Notes: generated from the letters alone by a model not told the origin. DNA of 64,000 bases from Vicinamibacteria bacterium (GCA_963832135.1 CAWHTD010000009.1:2012166-2076165); one strand, 5' to 3'. Shown: positions 11,110-20,814, counted from the stretch's first letter. Translations and numbers: made by a program.

Positions 11110-11530
11110 GCGTGACGGCCTGGCGGCGGCTCAGTACGACCGGCGAATGCAGAGGCTATGCGCCGTAGCTCTATAGACGAAACCCTGGCGAAGCTGTTGA
11201 AAGAAGGCCGGTTTACGCGGCTTCACGGATGAGCCAGTTGCGGAAATCGTCCAGTGCGGCGAGCCAATCCTTTCAATTGCTTGCGGCCGGTCGATTTGCA
11301 TTCGGATTCGGAGTGTACCTACATCTGTACCTGTCCCTACCGAGAAGTCGATCTGGCATGGTCAGCGCGAGCTCAATGGCGTTGATCACAGGTTGGCGTT
11401 GAGCCGTGGTGCACTCGGAGGCATCACTCCAACGCGAGCATCGCCGTCGGTGTCGACCTGACTGAACACGCGAAGGCCGTCCGTCAGCTGGCGCAGTAGC
11501 ACCGAAACGACGGGCCTTTTGGCACCGTCG

Positions 11531-12538
11531 CTACGCCGCTGCGCGGTCGTAGCGGTGATGCAGGCCGTTAACCTGTGGAATCTCGACGATGCGTCCGGCA
11601 GAGAGCGGCGTGGCGGGTCGTGACGCCGGTGCGTCCTTGCCGAGACTCAGGTGCGTCCTCGTGTTCATGTAGTACGCGACGTAGTCGGCGAGGACGCGCT
11701 GGAGCCCGGCGACACTGAGTACGATCACGTGATCGAGGCACTCACGTCGGATCGAGCCAATGACGCGCTCGACGTAGGCGTTCTGCCACGGCGATCGCGG
11801 CGCCGTGAGGACCTCGTGGATCTGCATCGCGCCGATGGTGGACACGACGTCCGTGAATGCGGCATCGCGGTCGTGCAGCAGGTACCGCGGCGCGTGGTCC
11901 TCGGGAAAGGCGTTGCGGAGTTGTTGGGCCGTCCATGCGGCCGTGGGATGGTCGGTGACGGCGACGTGGACGATCCGTCGCCGGTCGTGCGCGAGGATGA
12001 CGAGCACGAACAACAGCCGGTAGGTGACCGTTGGCACGACGAAGAAATCGGCAGCCATGATCTGGCCGACATGGTTGGCCAGGAACGTTCGCCACGGCTG
12101 TGATGGTGGCTTGTCTCGTCGCGGCATGTACTTCGCGACGGTCGCCTGACTCACCGAGATCCCCAGCTTCTGCAGTTCCCCATGAATCCGCGGCGCACCC
12201 CAGAGCGGATTCGCGGCGGCCATTCGACGAATCAACGCGCGGACCTCTGGAGCCGCGGCTGGACGACCCGTACGGTACCGACTCTTCCACGTCCAGAACA
12301 GGCGGAACCCGCGTCGGTGCCAGGCGAGTACGGTGTCCGGCTTGACGAGGACGAGCGCCGGCCGCCAACCGCTCCACGCCTGCGACAGCCACGCCCAGAG
12401 AACCCGATCCGCCGCGGTCAGACGAAGTCGCGAGGGGCGCGAGCGATTCAGGACCGCCAACTGATGCCGGAGCGCGAGGATCTCGAGGTGCAGAGCCGCG
12501 CGCGATCGAGTTGATGTCGTCTCGCAGCTTCCACGCAC
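11531..12538 (-). CDS. IS transposase, integrase-core (rve, DDE) type; the only apparently intact copy in the window
   Basis: 335-aa ORF: LEILALRHQLAVLNRS...WHRRGF...ADFFVVPT...HDRDAAF...PWQNAYVERVIGSIRRECLDH...GLHHRYDRAAA. IS ends and inverted repeats could not be defined by eye. Confidence 0.85.
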   Translation of the reverse strand: MRGSCETTSTRSRAALHLEILALRHQLAVLNRSRPSRLRLTAADRVLWAWLSQAWSGWRPALVLVKPDTVLAWHRRGFRLFWTWKSRYRTGRPAAAPEVRALIRRMAAANPLWGAPRIHGELQKLGISVSQATVAKYMPRRDKPPSQPWRTFLANHVGQIMAADFFVVPTVTYRLLFVLVILAHDRRRIVHVAVTDHPTAAWTAQQLRNAFPEDHAPRYLLHDRDAAFTDVVSTIGAMQIHEVLTAPRSPWQNAYVERVIGSIRRECLDHVIVLSVAGLQRVLADYVAYYMNTRTHLSLGKDAPASRPATPLSAGRIVEIPQVNGLHHRYDRAAA

Positions 12539-12705
12539 GACTCAGCAGACCGAGGTGCGGATGACGGTGGAGATGGAGGTCAGTGAGATCGGCAATCAAT
12601 ATGCCCTCCGCCGCTTCAAATGAAGAGATCGACATCGCCACCCTCGAGGCGGCGCGGCTGACGTTGCCGTATCCCGGTGCATGCGACGATCAGGCATCTT
12701 GACGC

Positions 12706-13353
12706 ATGGGAATGACCGGTGGGCTCGTTCGAGCCTCTCTCAAAGAAATCGCGCGTTTGCGCGAACACCCGGCCGAACTGCCGGAGTTCTTGGATTGCGG
12801 AATCTGGGCGCCGCCCAATCGCGAAGTGCGACCCAAGGGAATTCTCGGATGGCTGCTGAGGCTGACGCCGGTGAGGATCTACGAAAGCGATCCAGATGCC
12901 GTGCCGCCGCCCGGCGCCGAGCACGGCGCCCTCCGGCCGAACGTCGATCTCGACAAGGCGTGGGAACCGTTGCATTTCCTGCTCACCGGCACCGCGCTAG
13001 AGGGCGAAGAACCCGCGTGCTATCTCGCCCGCGGTGGTGAGGAAATGGTCGAGCAACTGGACGATGAACTGGGCGATGAAGGGAGCGTGTACAGCTCGAT
13101 TCGTGTGCTCACGCCAGATCACGTGGCGGCGTTCGATCGACACCTTTCGTCACTTACCATCGACGAGCTGAGACGCCGGTTCGACGTCAACCGCATGGTC
13201 GAACTGCGGATCTATGCGAAACGTCGGAGCACGAAGGCGCCGACTAACGACGACAGGACGCTGGATCACCTCATCGAGGCGTTTGAGGATCTGCGCACGT
13301 TCGTGCGTGAAACCGCCGCGTCAGGTGCGGGCGCGATCGCGTATTTGACGTAG
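12706..13353 (+). CDS. DUF1877 (YfbM-like) family protein
   Basis: 215-aa ORF. The pattern ASLKEIARLREHPAELPEFL...VDLDKAWEPLHFLLTG matches the YfbM/DUF1877 signature as I remember it. The gene is convergent with the repeat protein. Confidence 0.6.
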   Translation: MGMTGGLVRASLKEIARLREHPAELPEFLDCGIWAPPNREVRPKGILGWLLRLTPVRIYESDPDAVPPPGAEHGALRPNVDLDKAWEPLHFLLTGTALEGEEPACYLARGGEEMVEQLDDELGDEGSVYSSIRVLTPDHVAAFDRHLSSLTIDELRRRFDVNRMVELRIYAKRRSTKAPTNDDRTLDHLIEAFEDLRTFVRETAASGAGAIAYLT

Positions 13354-13519
13354 CGGCATTCTTGAGACCGTCTACTGACTGGGCTCGGCATCGCCAGAAT
13401 CGAGCTGTCGAACACCTCTCCGGTGTCCGCTGCCGGGTTCCATCAACCGAATGGTGGGACACTACGGGCGCAAGTCGTCCCGTCCGCCCAGCGGCGCCGC
13501 AGCGTGAGCCAGAACGGCC

Positions 13520-15344
13520 CTAATGTTTCCTTCGCCAGTCGCGAACTATCGATATCGTCGCCGAAGATGCAACCTTCGGTGCGATGGGCGCCGGCGATGA
13601 AGCCTTCGTCGTCATAGACGACGATTGTCCCTTCCCCGCGGCGGTTGCTGTCGCAGCTGCGGCCGACGGCACCTTTCCGGTCGCCTTTGCTCCCTGCGCC
13701 GAGTCAACCTTGCCTGCGGGCACTGCCGCCGATGGGATCTTCGCCGCCGGTGGAGCGGCGGGTACCTTCGCGTCGGCCTTCGGCGCCGGAGCGGCTGCGG
13801 CCTGCGTCGCTTTTCCGCTCGCCTCTGCTCCCTTCACCGAGTGAACTTTGCCAGACGGCGCCGCGGACGATGGGACCTTCGCCGCCGGCGGAGGAGGGGG
13901 GACTTTCGCGTCGGGCTTCGGCGCCGGAGCGGCCTGCGGCACTTTTCCGCTCGCCTTTGCTTCCTTCACCGAGTGAACCTTGCCTGACTGCGCCGCGGAC
14001 GATGGCACCTTCGCCTCGCCTGGAGCGCCTTGGGCGTTGGGGATTTTCGCATCGCTCTTCGGAGCGAACTTCTTAATATGCGTGTGTATGACCGTGTCCG
14101 GGGGCGCCCCGAGTTCGCCGGTCCAGAACGGCTCACAGTGACGCTCGCAGGCTGGACCGGATGTGCCGGTGAAGACGCCTTTCGCTCCTTGCCTGAGCAG
14201 CTCCGCCGGTCCCTCAGACTCGACGTGCCAGACGGGGTCGAGCTGGGTGCCCTGCATTCTTGATGCGGGCGATGGACCCAGACTCGCCATCGGTGGCAAG
14301 GGGGTGTGGCCCTTGTCGAGTGCTGCCTTGAGTGCGTTCCACACCTTCTCATCCGACACGGTAACTACGTAGCGCAACTCGCCATTTACTACACCGGCAC
14401 TGACGGCAACCGTGAGGTTCCGATTCCCGGACATGCTCCTGATCTGAGACGCAGCCTGGTTCAGGAAGTGCTCCTTCGTGTGCACGACAGCCTCGTCCCT
14501 GATCATCGCCTTGATGAATGCGTTCACGTCGGCTGGTAAGCCACCGCCTTCTCCAGCTGTGCTCCCTGTCGGCTGAGGAACTTTCTGGATAGGCGCGGGC
14601 TGCGGGACTTTTGGCACCGCTGGGGGCAGCGGGACTTTCGGCACTGATGCGAGCGGCGCGTGCGACGGTACAGCATTGCCGACAGCATTGACGGCAGCGA
14701 GCGCTGCGGCTGCAATCGGCGGAAGCGCGGGCACGGGTGCTCCCGGAGCTGTCGGTGCGGCGGGAAGCTTCGGTGCCTTCGCCGCCGGAACTTCGGCCGC
14801 CGCTGGCGCCGGGGGAAGTTTGGGCGCGGCTTCGTTCGGAGGGAGCTTCGGCGCGGCCGCCTTCGGAAGCTCGGCCCCGGCTGCCGGGATCGGGAGTTTC
14901 GGCACTTCTGGTGCCGGCGGCGGCTTCGGCACGCGTGCGGGTGGGAGTTCGGGCGCAGCCGGTATCGGAACCCGACGGGGCATAGCCGCCAGCATCATAA
15001 GCAGTCCAAAAAGGGCCTCCGCCTCCTTGTATCGTTGCGCTCCTGCTTCCTGATGGTCGCCTGCCCTGGCGGCCTGCTCCGCCTTTCGGTCCGCCTCGCC
15101 AGCCTGCTTGACGGGATCGAGCACGCGCGCCGCCGCGAGAACGCCGCTCGGCCCACCGCCTTCGCTCCTGTACCTGAACCGGCATCTCCTTGATGATTGC
15201 CTTCCCGGCGTCGACGATGCCGTCGACGATGCGGACGGGAGCCGGTATCAGAGAGGCCTGCACGACTGTCGTGATGTGGGTCTTGGCCGCCTCTTTCACA
15301 AAGCCCTTCAACTGTTCAAGGTACTTTGAGTCAGGTTCTGACAT
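13520..15344 (-). CDS. Pro/Ala-rich repeat protein with a central globular domain carrying a deaminase-like HVE...C-x3-C signature (apparent frameshift near 15,130-15,190)
   Basis: ORF 13520..15124 (534 aa) has PKLP/PAAP low-complexity sequence at the N-side and three ~45-aa tandem repeats at the C-side. The central segment is NLTVAVSAGVVNGELRYVVTVSD...WHVESEGPAELLRQGAKGVFTGTSGPACERHCEPFW (HVE at 14,219-14,227; Cys codons at 14,147 and 14,135). A sensible N-terminus, MSEPDSKYLEQLKGFVKEAAKTHITTVVQASLIPAPVRIVDGIVDAGKAIIKEMPVQV, starts at 15,344 in another frame behind GGGAG and then degenerates into Arg/Gly junk. That implies a one-base frame change. Confidence 0.6.
13628..14014 (-). repeat. 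Three in-frame tandem coding repeats (~129-141 bp each) inside the Pro/Ala-rich gene
   Basis: The unit is approximately AKVP..AAKVPSSAA.SGKVHSVK.A.ASGK..QAA.APAPK.D. The DNA copies are visibly similar (gcctttgct.ccttcaccgagtgaac.ttgcc...). Confidence 0.8.
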
Positions 15345-15372
15345 GGTCTGACTCCCGCGGTCGCTCTGGCTG

Positions 15373-18300
15373 TCACCCCTGCGCCTCGGCAACCAACCTG
15401 TCCGTTATCCACCGAATAGTCGCTGGCGCTCTCCCAGCGTCCATCGTCAACATCTGCTGAGCAAAACACAGACACGCGCGTTGCACGGGTTCCTGCGACT
15501 GGCGAGCAGAATCGGGCCGCTCCGCCGCGGGGAACTCGATCAGGTCGTACCCCGCACGCAGACACAGCTGCCAGGTCTGTGGATATCCTTCCTGTGTGGC
15601 GTCCGCCTGCTCGGCCGCCTGCCACCCGGCGCTATACCTCCCTTCCCCTATCAGGTCGGCCGCCGAGTACCGATACAGACACACCGCAGGCTCCTGGCGG
15701 CAGATCTGTTCGCACGCGACGAACGGAGGATAGTGGCGTGCATGGAGGGCATAGACATAGTCGTGAAACTCTGCACGCGATGGCTCCGGCTCCTGATCCG
15801 TCAATCTGGCCAGCAACATCTCACGCAGCTTGCTGGCCAATGTCTCAGTGTCGGAATACGTCCACTGCGCCTGCGCGCCGCGTTTCGTGGCGAACCAGTG
15901 GGCGGCACGAATCATCAGACAGCGGTTCAACTCCTGCTCGTCCAGCTTCTGGGGACGTTTCGCTCGTACCGACGGACAGCAGATTTGGCCAGACGCGATC
16001 GAGAGCGGAGGTGTCTTCAATGGTCGAGAGGATCGAGTGCGCGAACACGCGCTGGAATTGCTGGTCCTCCACGATGTGCCGCGCCGCGTCGCAGGCCGGG
16101 CCTCTCGTGATACAGGTTCGAGCGCACGACGGAAACGGCAGCAACAGGGACATGTCGATGTTCGGGGCTTGCCCACTCGCCTTGCCGGCGACCTCCGCGT
16201 TGTCCGGCGGGGACACACTGGGCCGTTGCTTCTTCGCCGGCACCTGGACCAACACGGGAGCGTCATCTCCTTCGCTGAACACTGCTGCTTGGCCCACAGC
16301 CAGCGTGGCGAGAGCCTGCACCTGCCGGTCGTTCATCGCCATCGCTCCTGCCAGCGATGCGCGATCGTCGAACGCGACCACGCGGTGGACAACCTTCAGG
16401 TTCGTGTTCTTGATCACGTCTGGAGCCAACCTGCCTGGAATCTGGTCGGCGATCACGACTCCCTGGCCGTAAGCCCTGATCTCGGACAGCAGGTTCGCGA
16501 AGGTCTCCACGGCCTTGCCGCGGGCGTTGGCCTCTTCCGACCGCTTCTGGGTCTCCACGGCGGAAAGGAGGCGGTGCGCCTCCTCTATCACGAGCAGGTG
16601 TTGCAGGTCATGGTGGCCGGAGGCACGCCGGAACTCAACCAGCCGGATGAACAACAGGCCCATCAGGAACGCCTTGTCGTCATCGTCGCCAATCGCCTCC
16701 AATTCAAGAACCGTGGGGTGTTCCAGGAGCGCACTCATCGAAAAGGAGCGCTGTACGTCGAGCATGCGACCCTTGCTGCCGCTGCGCAGGCTGTTGATCC
16801 TGGTGAGCAGCGCCGCGCGGATCGTCGCTTCGCTCTCGGCGTCATACCGGAGCGCCTGCGTCACGGCATCTACCTTCGCCGCCAGCTCCGAGAGCGTCGG
16901 GAACGCGGCGGTGAGATCCGCGTCCTCGTCCAGCCGCGCGTTGCTGTTGGTGGCCGTGTCCCATCCGCGATCTTCGTAGACGTAGTGGAGACACTGTTCC
17001 AGGACGGCCGGCAGCACCGACCACAAGCCGAAGCTCGCGTTGAAGACGGAGCGCAGCAGGTCGAGATGCACACCAACGGGAGTTCCCGGGAGCGCTTCGA
17101 GCGGATTCAATCGCAGCGGCGATACGTTCTCGTTGCCGAGGGTGAAAATCCGCAGCTTTGCCCCCAGTGCGGAGTCCCGGAGCAACGCACGGTATTCGGT
17201 CTTGGCGGGTTCGATGACCAGAAAGGGGATGTCTCGCGCCGCCGCCTGCCCGAGCAGGTGGAAGATCGTGTTCGTCTTGCCGGCTCCGGTCACCCCGGCG
17301 ACAAACGCGTGGCGCGCCAGGGCGTTGTACGTGATGGCGTAATTTGCCGGGGTGGGTCGTCCTCGATGAATAACCTGTCCTACCTGCAACCCCGCGTCAT
17401 CTGCGATTGGTGAACGGACGACGTCGAAATCGGGCACGGCCACCACGCTGAATCCACTTGTCTCGAGCTGTGGCAGGTGGATGTACGCGGCCAGTTGTGC
17501 CGAGGTGAGCAGGGTCTGAAACTGAAAAGGATGGCGGTAGCTGCCTGGTCCGGGCGAACCCTCGACATCCGGGATCGCCCAACCCCGGGCCAGATCCGTG
17601 GCGATCGGGCAGTCCCAGATGCGCACGGGTTCAGGTATCGAATGCTCGCCGGAAAACACACCACGCCAGACGCTCGCCAGGCGGTAGTAGCTGGTCGTAT
17701 CACCGAGGAGGTACACACTTGTCCGCCACCCGCCGATTGCGCCACCCGATGTGACGTTCTTGAGGAGTCCCTGAAGCAACTCGAGGTAGGACCGACTCAA
17801 CGGACTTGGCGCGGCCGCGGGATGCATCGGGGACTGAACCGCTCGCATCTCGTTGATGATGCCGTTCCGTAAATCGGAGATCGTGCTCTCGTGGACCGGT
17901 TCCGCGAGCACAAGCGCCGTCCAGGGGACGCCCGACAGCGCACGAATGAGCCGATCGAGCGGCAGCGCTCCGTCAACGGGATCGCCGGGTTTTGCCGTGG
18001 GGACCCCGAGTGCGAGGCCGGCTCGAGACGTCTGCCCTTCGTGTTCGTGTTCGGCCGCCGGAACGAGCTCGATCGAGGGGTAAAGGCTGTGAAGCATGGA
18101 GCCCAGGATCTGCTGCCGGTCGTCCATGACGGAGGCTGAGGCGCTCTCGCGTTCCGCCGGAGACCACACGCCCAGTTGAACGACCACGCCGTCGGCGGCC
18201 CCCTCGACGACGAACGCAACGGGAATCTTGTAGCCATACAGGCCGATCAGCACATCCTCGCTCACGAGTCGTCCGGGCGCGGAGCGGCCCGCCTTCTCGC

Positions 18301-18466
18301 CACGACCGATGGCGGTGACGCGTGAGACGCGGCGAAGTGGGGGTGGCGCGTGAGAGACCGGTGTGTTCCCGGCGAGAACGGCGACGTCCAGCGTCGTTCG
18401 CTGCAAGTAGTCCAGATGGTCGGTCGTGGCGATATCGGCCGGCATATGACCTCCACCCTGCGTCAT
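15373..18466 (-). CDS. HerA/FtsK-superfamily (DUF87-like) P-loop ATPase with an unassigned ~390-aa N-terminal region and a Cys-containing C-terminal extension (apparent frameshift near 15,960)
   Basis: ORF 15845..18466 (873 aa) carries Walker A GVTGAGKT (17,273-17,296), IPFLVIEPAKTEY, Walker B LLVIEEAHRLL and EIRAYGQGVVIADQIPGRL. The tail of that frame is junk-like, while ORF 15373..16266 reads sensibly from ...RAKRPQKLDEQELNRCLMIRAAHWFATKRG... onward. A strong SD (GGAGG) precedes the second Met, suggesting a start at 18,445. Confidence 0.75.
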
Positions 18467-18479
18467 CCCTGCCGATGCT

Positions 18480-19123
18480 CTAGGTAGTAGACACGGTGGC
18501 GCTCGGGGCGGATTGCAGGACCCGCGCCGGACAGCTCACGACGGGTGCACTTCCGATCGCAGCGCCCACGCGAGGAGCGGGCACCGGGCGCACGGTCGGC
18601 CCAAAGTTGCCGATGATCCTGAAGAAGAACAGGAAGAACACGACGAACAGCGCGATCACCACGACCGCTTTCACCACGGACCGCCAATTGACTGCTTTCG
18701 CGCGGACGGTCGCGCCTGTGGTCAGGTTGCGCACCCTCCCGGGACGGACGATCCGCCCCTCGCGCCAGGCCCCGGTACCTCCACCCGATCGCCATCGTTG
18801 ACGAACCCTTCGAACGATCGGCTCCGCATCTCGACGGGCACCGGTGGCAGGCGATTGCCGTCGGCGTCATGTCGCTCGACCCGAAACGTCCAGACGATGT
18901 GCGTGGAAGATTGCGCGCCGCGGGATTCGGTTCGGCTCTGGAAGCCTCGCACTTCGCCGACGATCGCGTCCGTGCGAGACTCAATTGAGTTGGTTATAGG
19001 GTCTGCGCCTTCGGACGTACGCGCTCCCATGGCACCGGCATCTGAAGCGCCCCGCCAACCTGCACCGGCGGGGCCCGTGCCCGGAGGATTGGACAAGGGC
19101 GGTCGGGTGGCTTTGTCGGCCAT
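18480..19123 (-). CDS. Small protein with a beta-rich (OB/SH3-like?) domain and a C-terminal TM helix (apparent frameshift near 18,760)
   Basis: ORF 18722..19150 contains ...IVWTFRVERHDADGNRLPPVPVEMRSRSFEGFVNDGDRVEVPGP. ORF 18480..18734 continues in another frame as ...REGRIVRPGRVRNLTTGATVRAKAVNWRSVVKAVVVIALFVVFFLFFFRIIGNF.... The likely start is MADKATR (19,123), behind AAGGAA. The gene ends 13 nt before the ATPase ORF. Confidence 0.5.
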
Positions 19124-19331
19124 GGCCAGTTCCTTTCTCCCGGTCATCATGGGCGGATCACTTCATCCGGGCAACGAAATCGGACTACTGAGACCTTGCC
19201 GAGGAAGCGCGGCGCATCGAAGTGGCAGGCGGCCGATTGGAACGGAACCCAGCGGGACTTCACTGCAGAATCCCAGACTACAAGCCTTAGGGCGGCAGCG
19301 TAGGGGAGGGTATCCGAAGCGAGGGGTAGCG

Positions 19332-19778
19332 TCAACGTGCGGTTGCGCACGATCGCCACCACAGCTCAACGGGACTCCTCGGACGCCGATTGTGGCGGGT
19401 GGGACCGCCGAAGGTCGGTTGCATTGATCTTTGGGGAATGTCATCCACATTCGGGACCGCCGCGGCTGGCGTGATCGATTGACAGAGTCGGCTCCATACC
19501 GTTTCGCCCGGCGGCACGTCGAGAGGAAGGAAATAGGTATAGGTGCCGGTCGGCGACACGTTTGAGTTCGAAGGCAAATAGCCGAGCGACACCGGCCTTG
19601 TAACGATCGGCGTCGTTGGTAGCGTCATGGTCCCAGGCATGGGCGGCGGCAGCGCGGGATCGAGCGCGCCTGAGTTCTGATCTGTCCACAAGCGGACGGC
19701 GGTGCCGTCGCGATGCCAGTAGGGTACGAGGAGGACGAGACTAACCACCACAAGACTGAGCGCAGGCGAAGTCGTCAT
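19332..19778 (-). CDS. Hypothetical signal-anchored or secreted protein
   Basis: An internal Met behind GGGGAGAG gives MTTSPALSLVVVSLVLLVPYWHRDG..., a hydrophobic N-terminal helix. No recognisable domain. Confidence 0.45.
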   Translation of the reverse strand: MTTSPALSLVVVSLVLLVPYWHRDGTAVRLWTDQNSGALDPALPPPMPGTMTLPTTPIVTRPVSLGYLPSNSNVSPTGTYTYFLPLDVPPGETVWSRLCQSITPAAAVPNVDDIPQRSMQPTFGGPTRHNRRPRSPVELWWRSCATAR

Positions 19779-20344
19779 GATTCTCTCCCCGCCATACGTT
19801 CTACGGCGACCGCGTTGAGTCCCATGCGGTTTCTGGGTAGCGGTCCTTCCTGGCAGATCAATGGGCGCTGCGCCGAGTGTGGGCCGCCCAGGATCATCTG
19901 TCACTACTCACGCGAGTAGGAACCCATCGGATAGCGAGCTGCCATGAGTGGCGCGTTCTGGAAAGCGCCTCGTTCGTGTGGCTCTGCACCATTGACGGTG
20001 TGAGCCGGTTTGACGGAACAGAGTTCGTCACCTCTCGGACCAGCGATGGGCTTCCGGACGATATCGGTGGCGCGCGACGCGATCGCGCTATGCCGCACGG
20101 TGGTGGTAGCTGAGAAGGCCGCCGAGCTGCCGACGCCGCCGAATGCAGCCGGAGTGATGCTGGTCTCCACCATCGTCAATCAGGTCGTTGCCGAGACCTT
20201 AATGAGAGGCCGTGACGACCAAATTCCTCAACGCTGCGGCGTTTACCGCGGTCTTACGGATTGGCGCTCAGCCGCGCCGTGCCCGTCTGCCGATGCTGGC
20301 ATCCGCGGGTCGCTGGAGCGCAAGGACCCTAAAACGCACTTTTC

Positions 20345-20810
20345 GGACGGCGCGTCCAGATTGTGGGATCAACGCCGCATCCCGACGGTCTGTTCATGCG
20401 GCAGGTGAGTCGCACGCTGACCGGTACGGACGGGCCTGTTGGGCGCCCATCGCGTGCTGATTTGTGATCGTGACCGACAATGGAGCCGGAACGTGCGACA
20501 ACGGCTGGGCGACGCCGGGGTGCGCATCGTGCAGAGGCCGTTTTCAGGCGCCAAATGCGAACGCCTACGCCGAGCGGTTCGTGCGGTCCATCAAGCACGA
20601 GTGCCTCGACCGGATGGTGTCCCTCGGCGAGCGCCACTTTCGACGCGCTCTCAAGGAATTCGTCGATCACACCATTGCGAGCGGAATCACCAAGGACTCG
20701 ACAATCGGCTTATCGATGGGAGCGCGCCGAGGCGACGCGAGGGCGGGATCCGTCTGTGGCCGCGGCTGGGTGGCTTGCGAACCGAGAACTTCGCGTCCTC
20801 TGGCGGCGTG
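20345..20810 (+). pseudogene. rve-type IS transposase, 5'-truncated and frameshifted fragment
   Basis: Stitched frames read GSTPHPDGLFMRQVSR...[13 protein letters not shown]...[42 protein letters not shown]...[14 protein letters not shown]. This is closely parallel to the 36.1-37.15 kb copy. Confidence 0.75.
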
Positions 20811-20814
20811 AGAT

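Noticed and set aside
11206-11266. Dispersed 60-bp repeat interpreted as the terminal inverted repeat of the rve-type IS
   Set aside because: Relative to the transposase direction, the copy at 11.2 kb and the copy at 37.2 kb have opposite orientations and different distances from the stop codon (about 265 nt versus 50 nt). No partner copy exists at the other IS end.
11742-12641. 299-aa ORF overlapping the intact transposase in another frame
   Set aside because: The transposase frame carries all the rve-family motifs. The alternative frame is compositionally biased and has none.
13628-14014. Tandem ~135-bp repeats considered as a possible CRISPR array or non-coding satellite
   Set aside because: The repeats are contiguous with no unique spacers. 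They stay in frame and translate into a coherent repeated peptide inside a long ORF. No cas genes are nearby.
14349-15392. 347-aa minus-strand ORF overlapping the Pro/Ala-repeat gene
   Set aside because: Only the first ~60 codons after the internal Met (MSEPDSKYLEQ...) look protein-like. The rest is Arg/Gly-rich out-of-frame reading of the repeat gene. It is better explained as the true N-terminus joined by a frameshift.
15830-17413. 527-aa plus-strand ORF, and similar long ORFs at 3601..4767, 8435..9205, 38665..39858, 41045..42544, 44035..45981, 46969..48105, 52642..54366, 54072..55166, 56891..58183 and 61124..62104
   Set aside because: Each lies antisense to, or out of frame with, a gene that has clear family motifs. 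Their translations are Arg/Gly/Ala/Pro-rich with no motifs, which is typical of shadow ORFs in high-GC genomes.
19950-20110. Possible fragment of a two-component-sensor beta-propeller (WLCTIDGVSRFDGTEFVTS.TSDGLPDD)
   Set aside because: Only ~45 codons resemble the Reg_prop repeat and there is no surrounding gene. It is too short to call a feature and is noted only as further debris next to the IS fragment.
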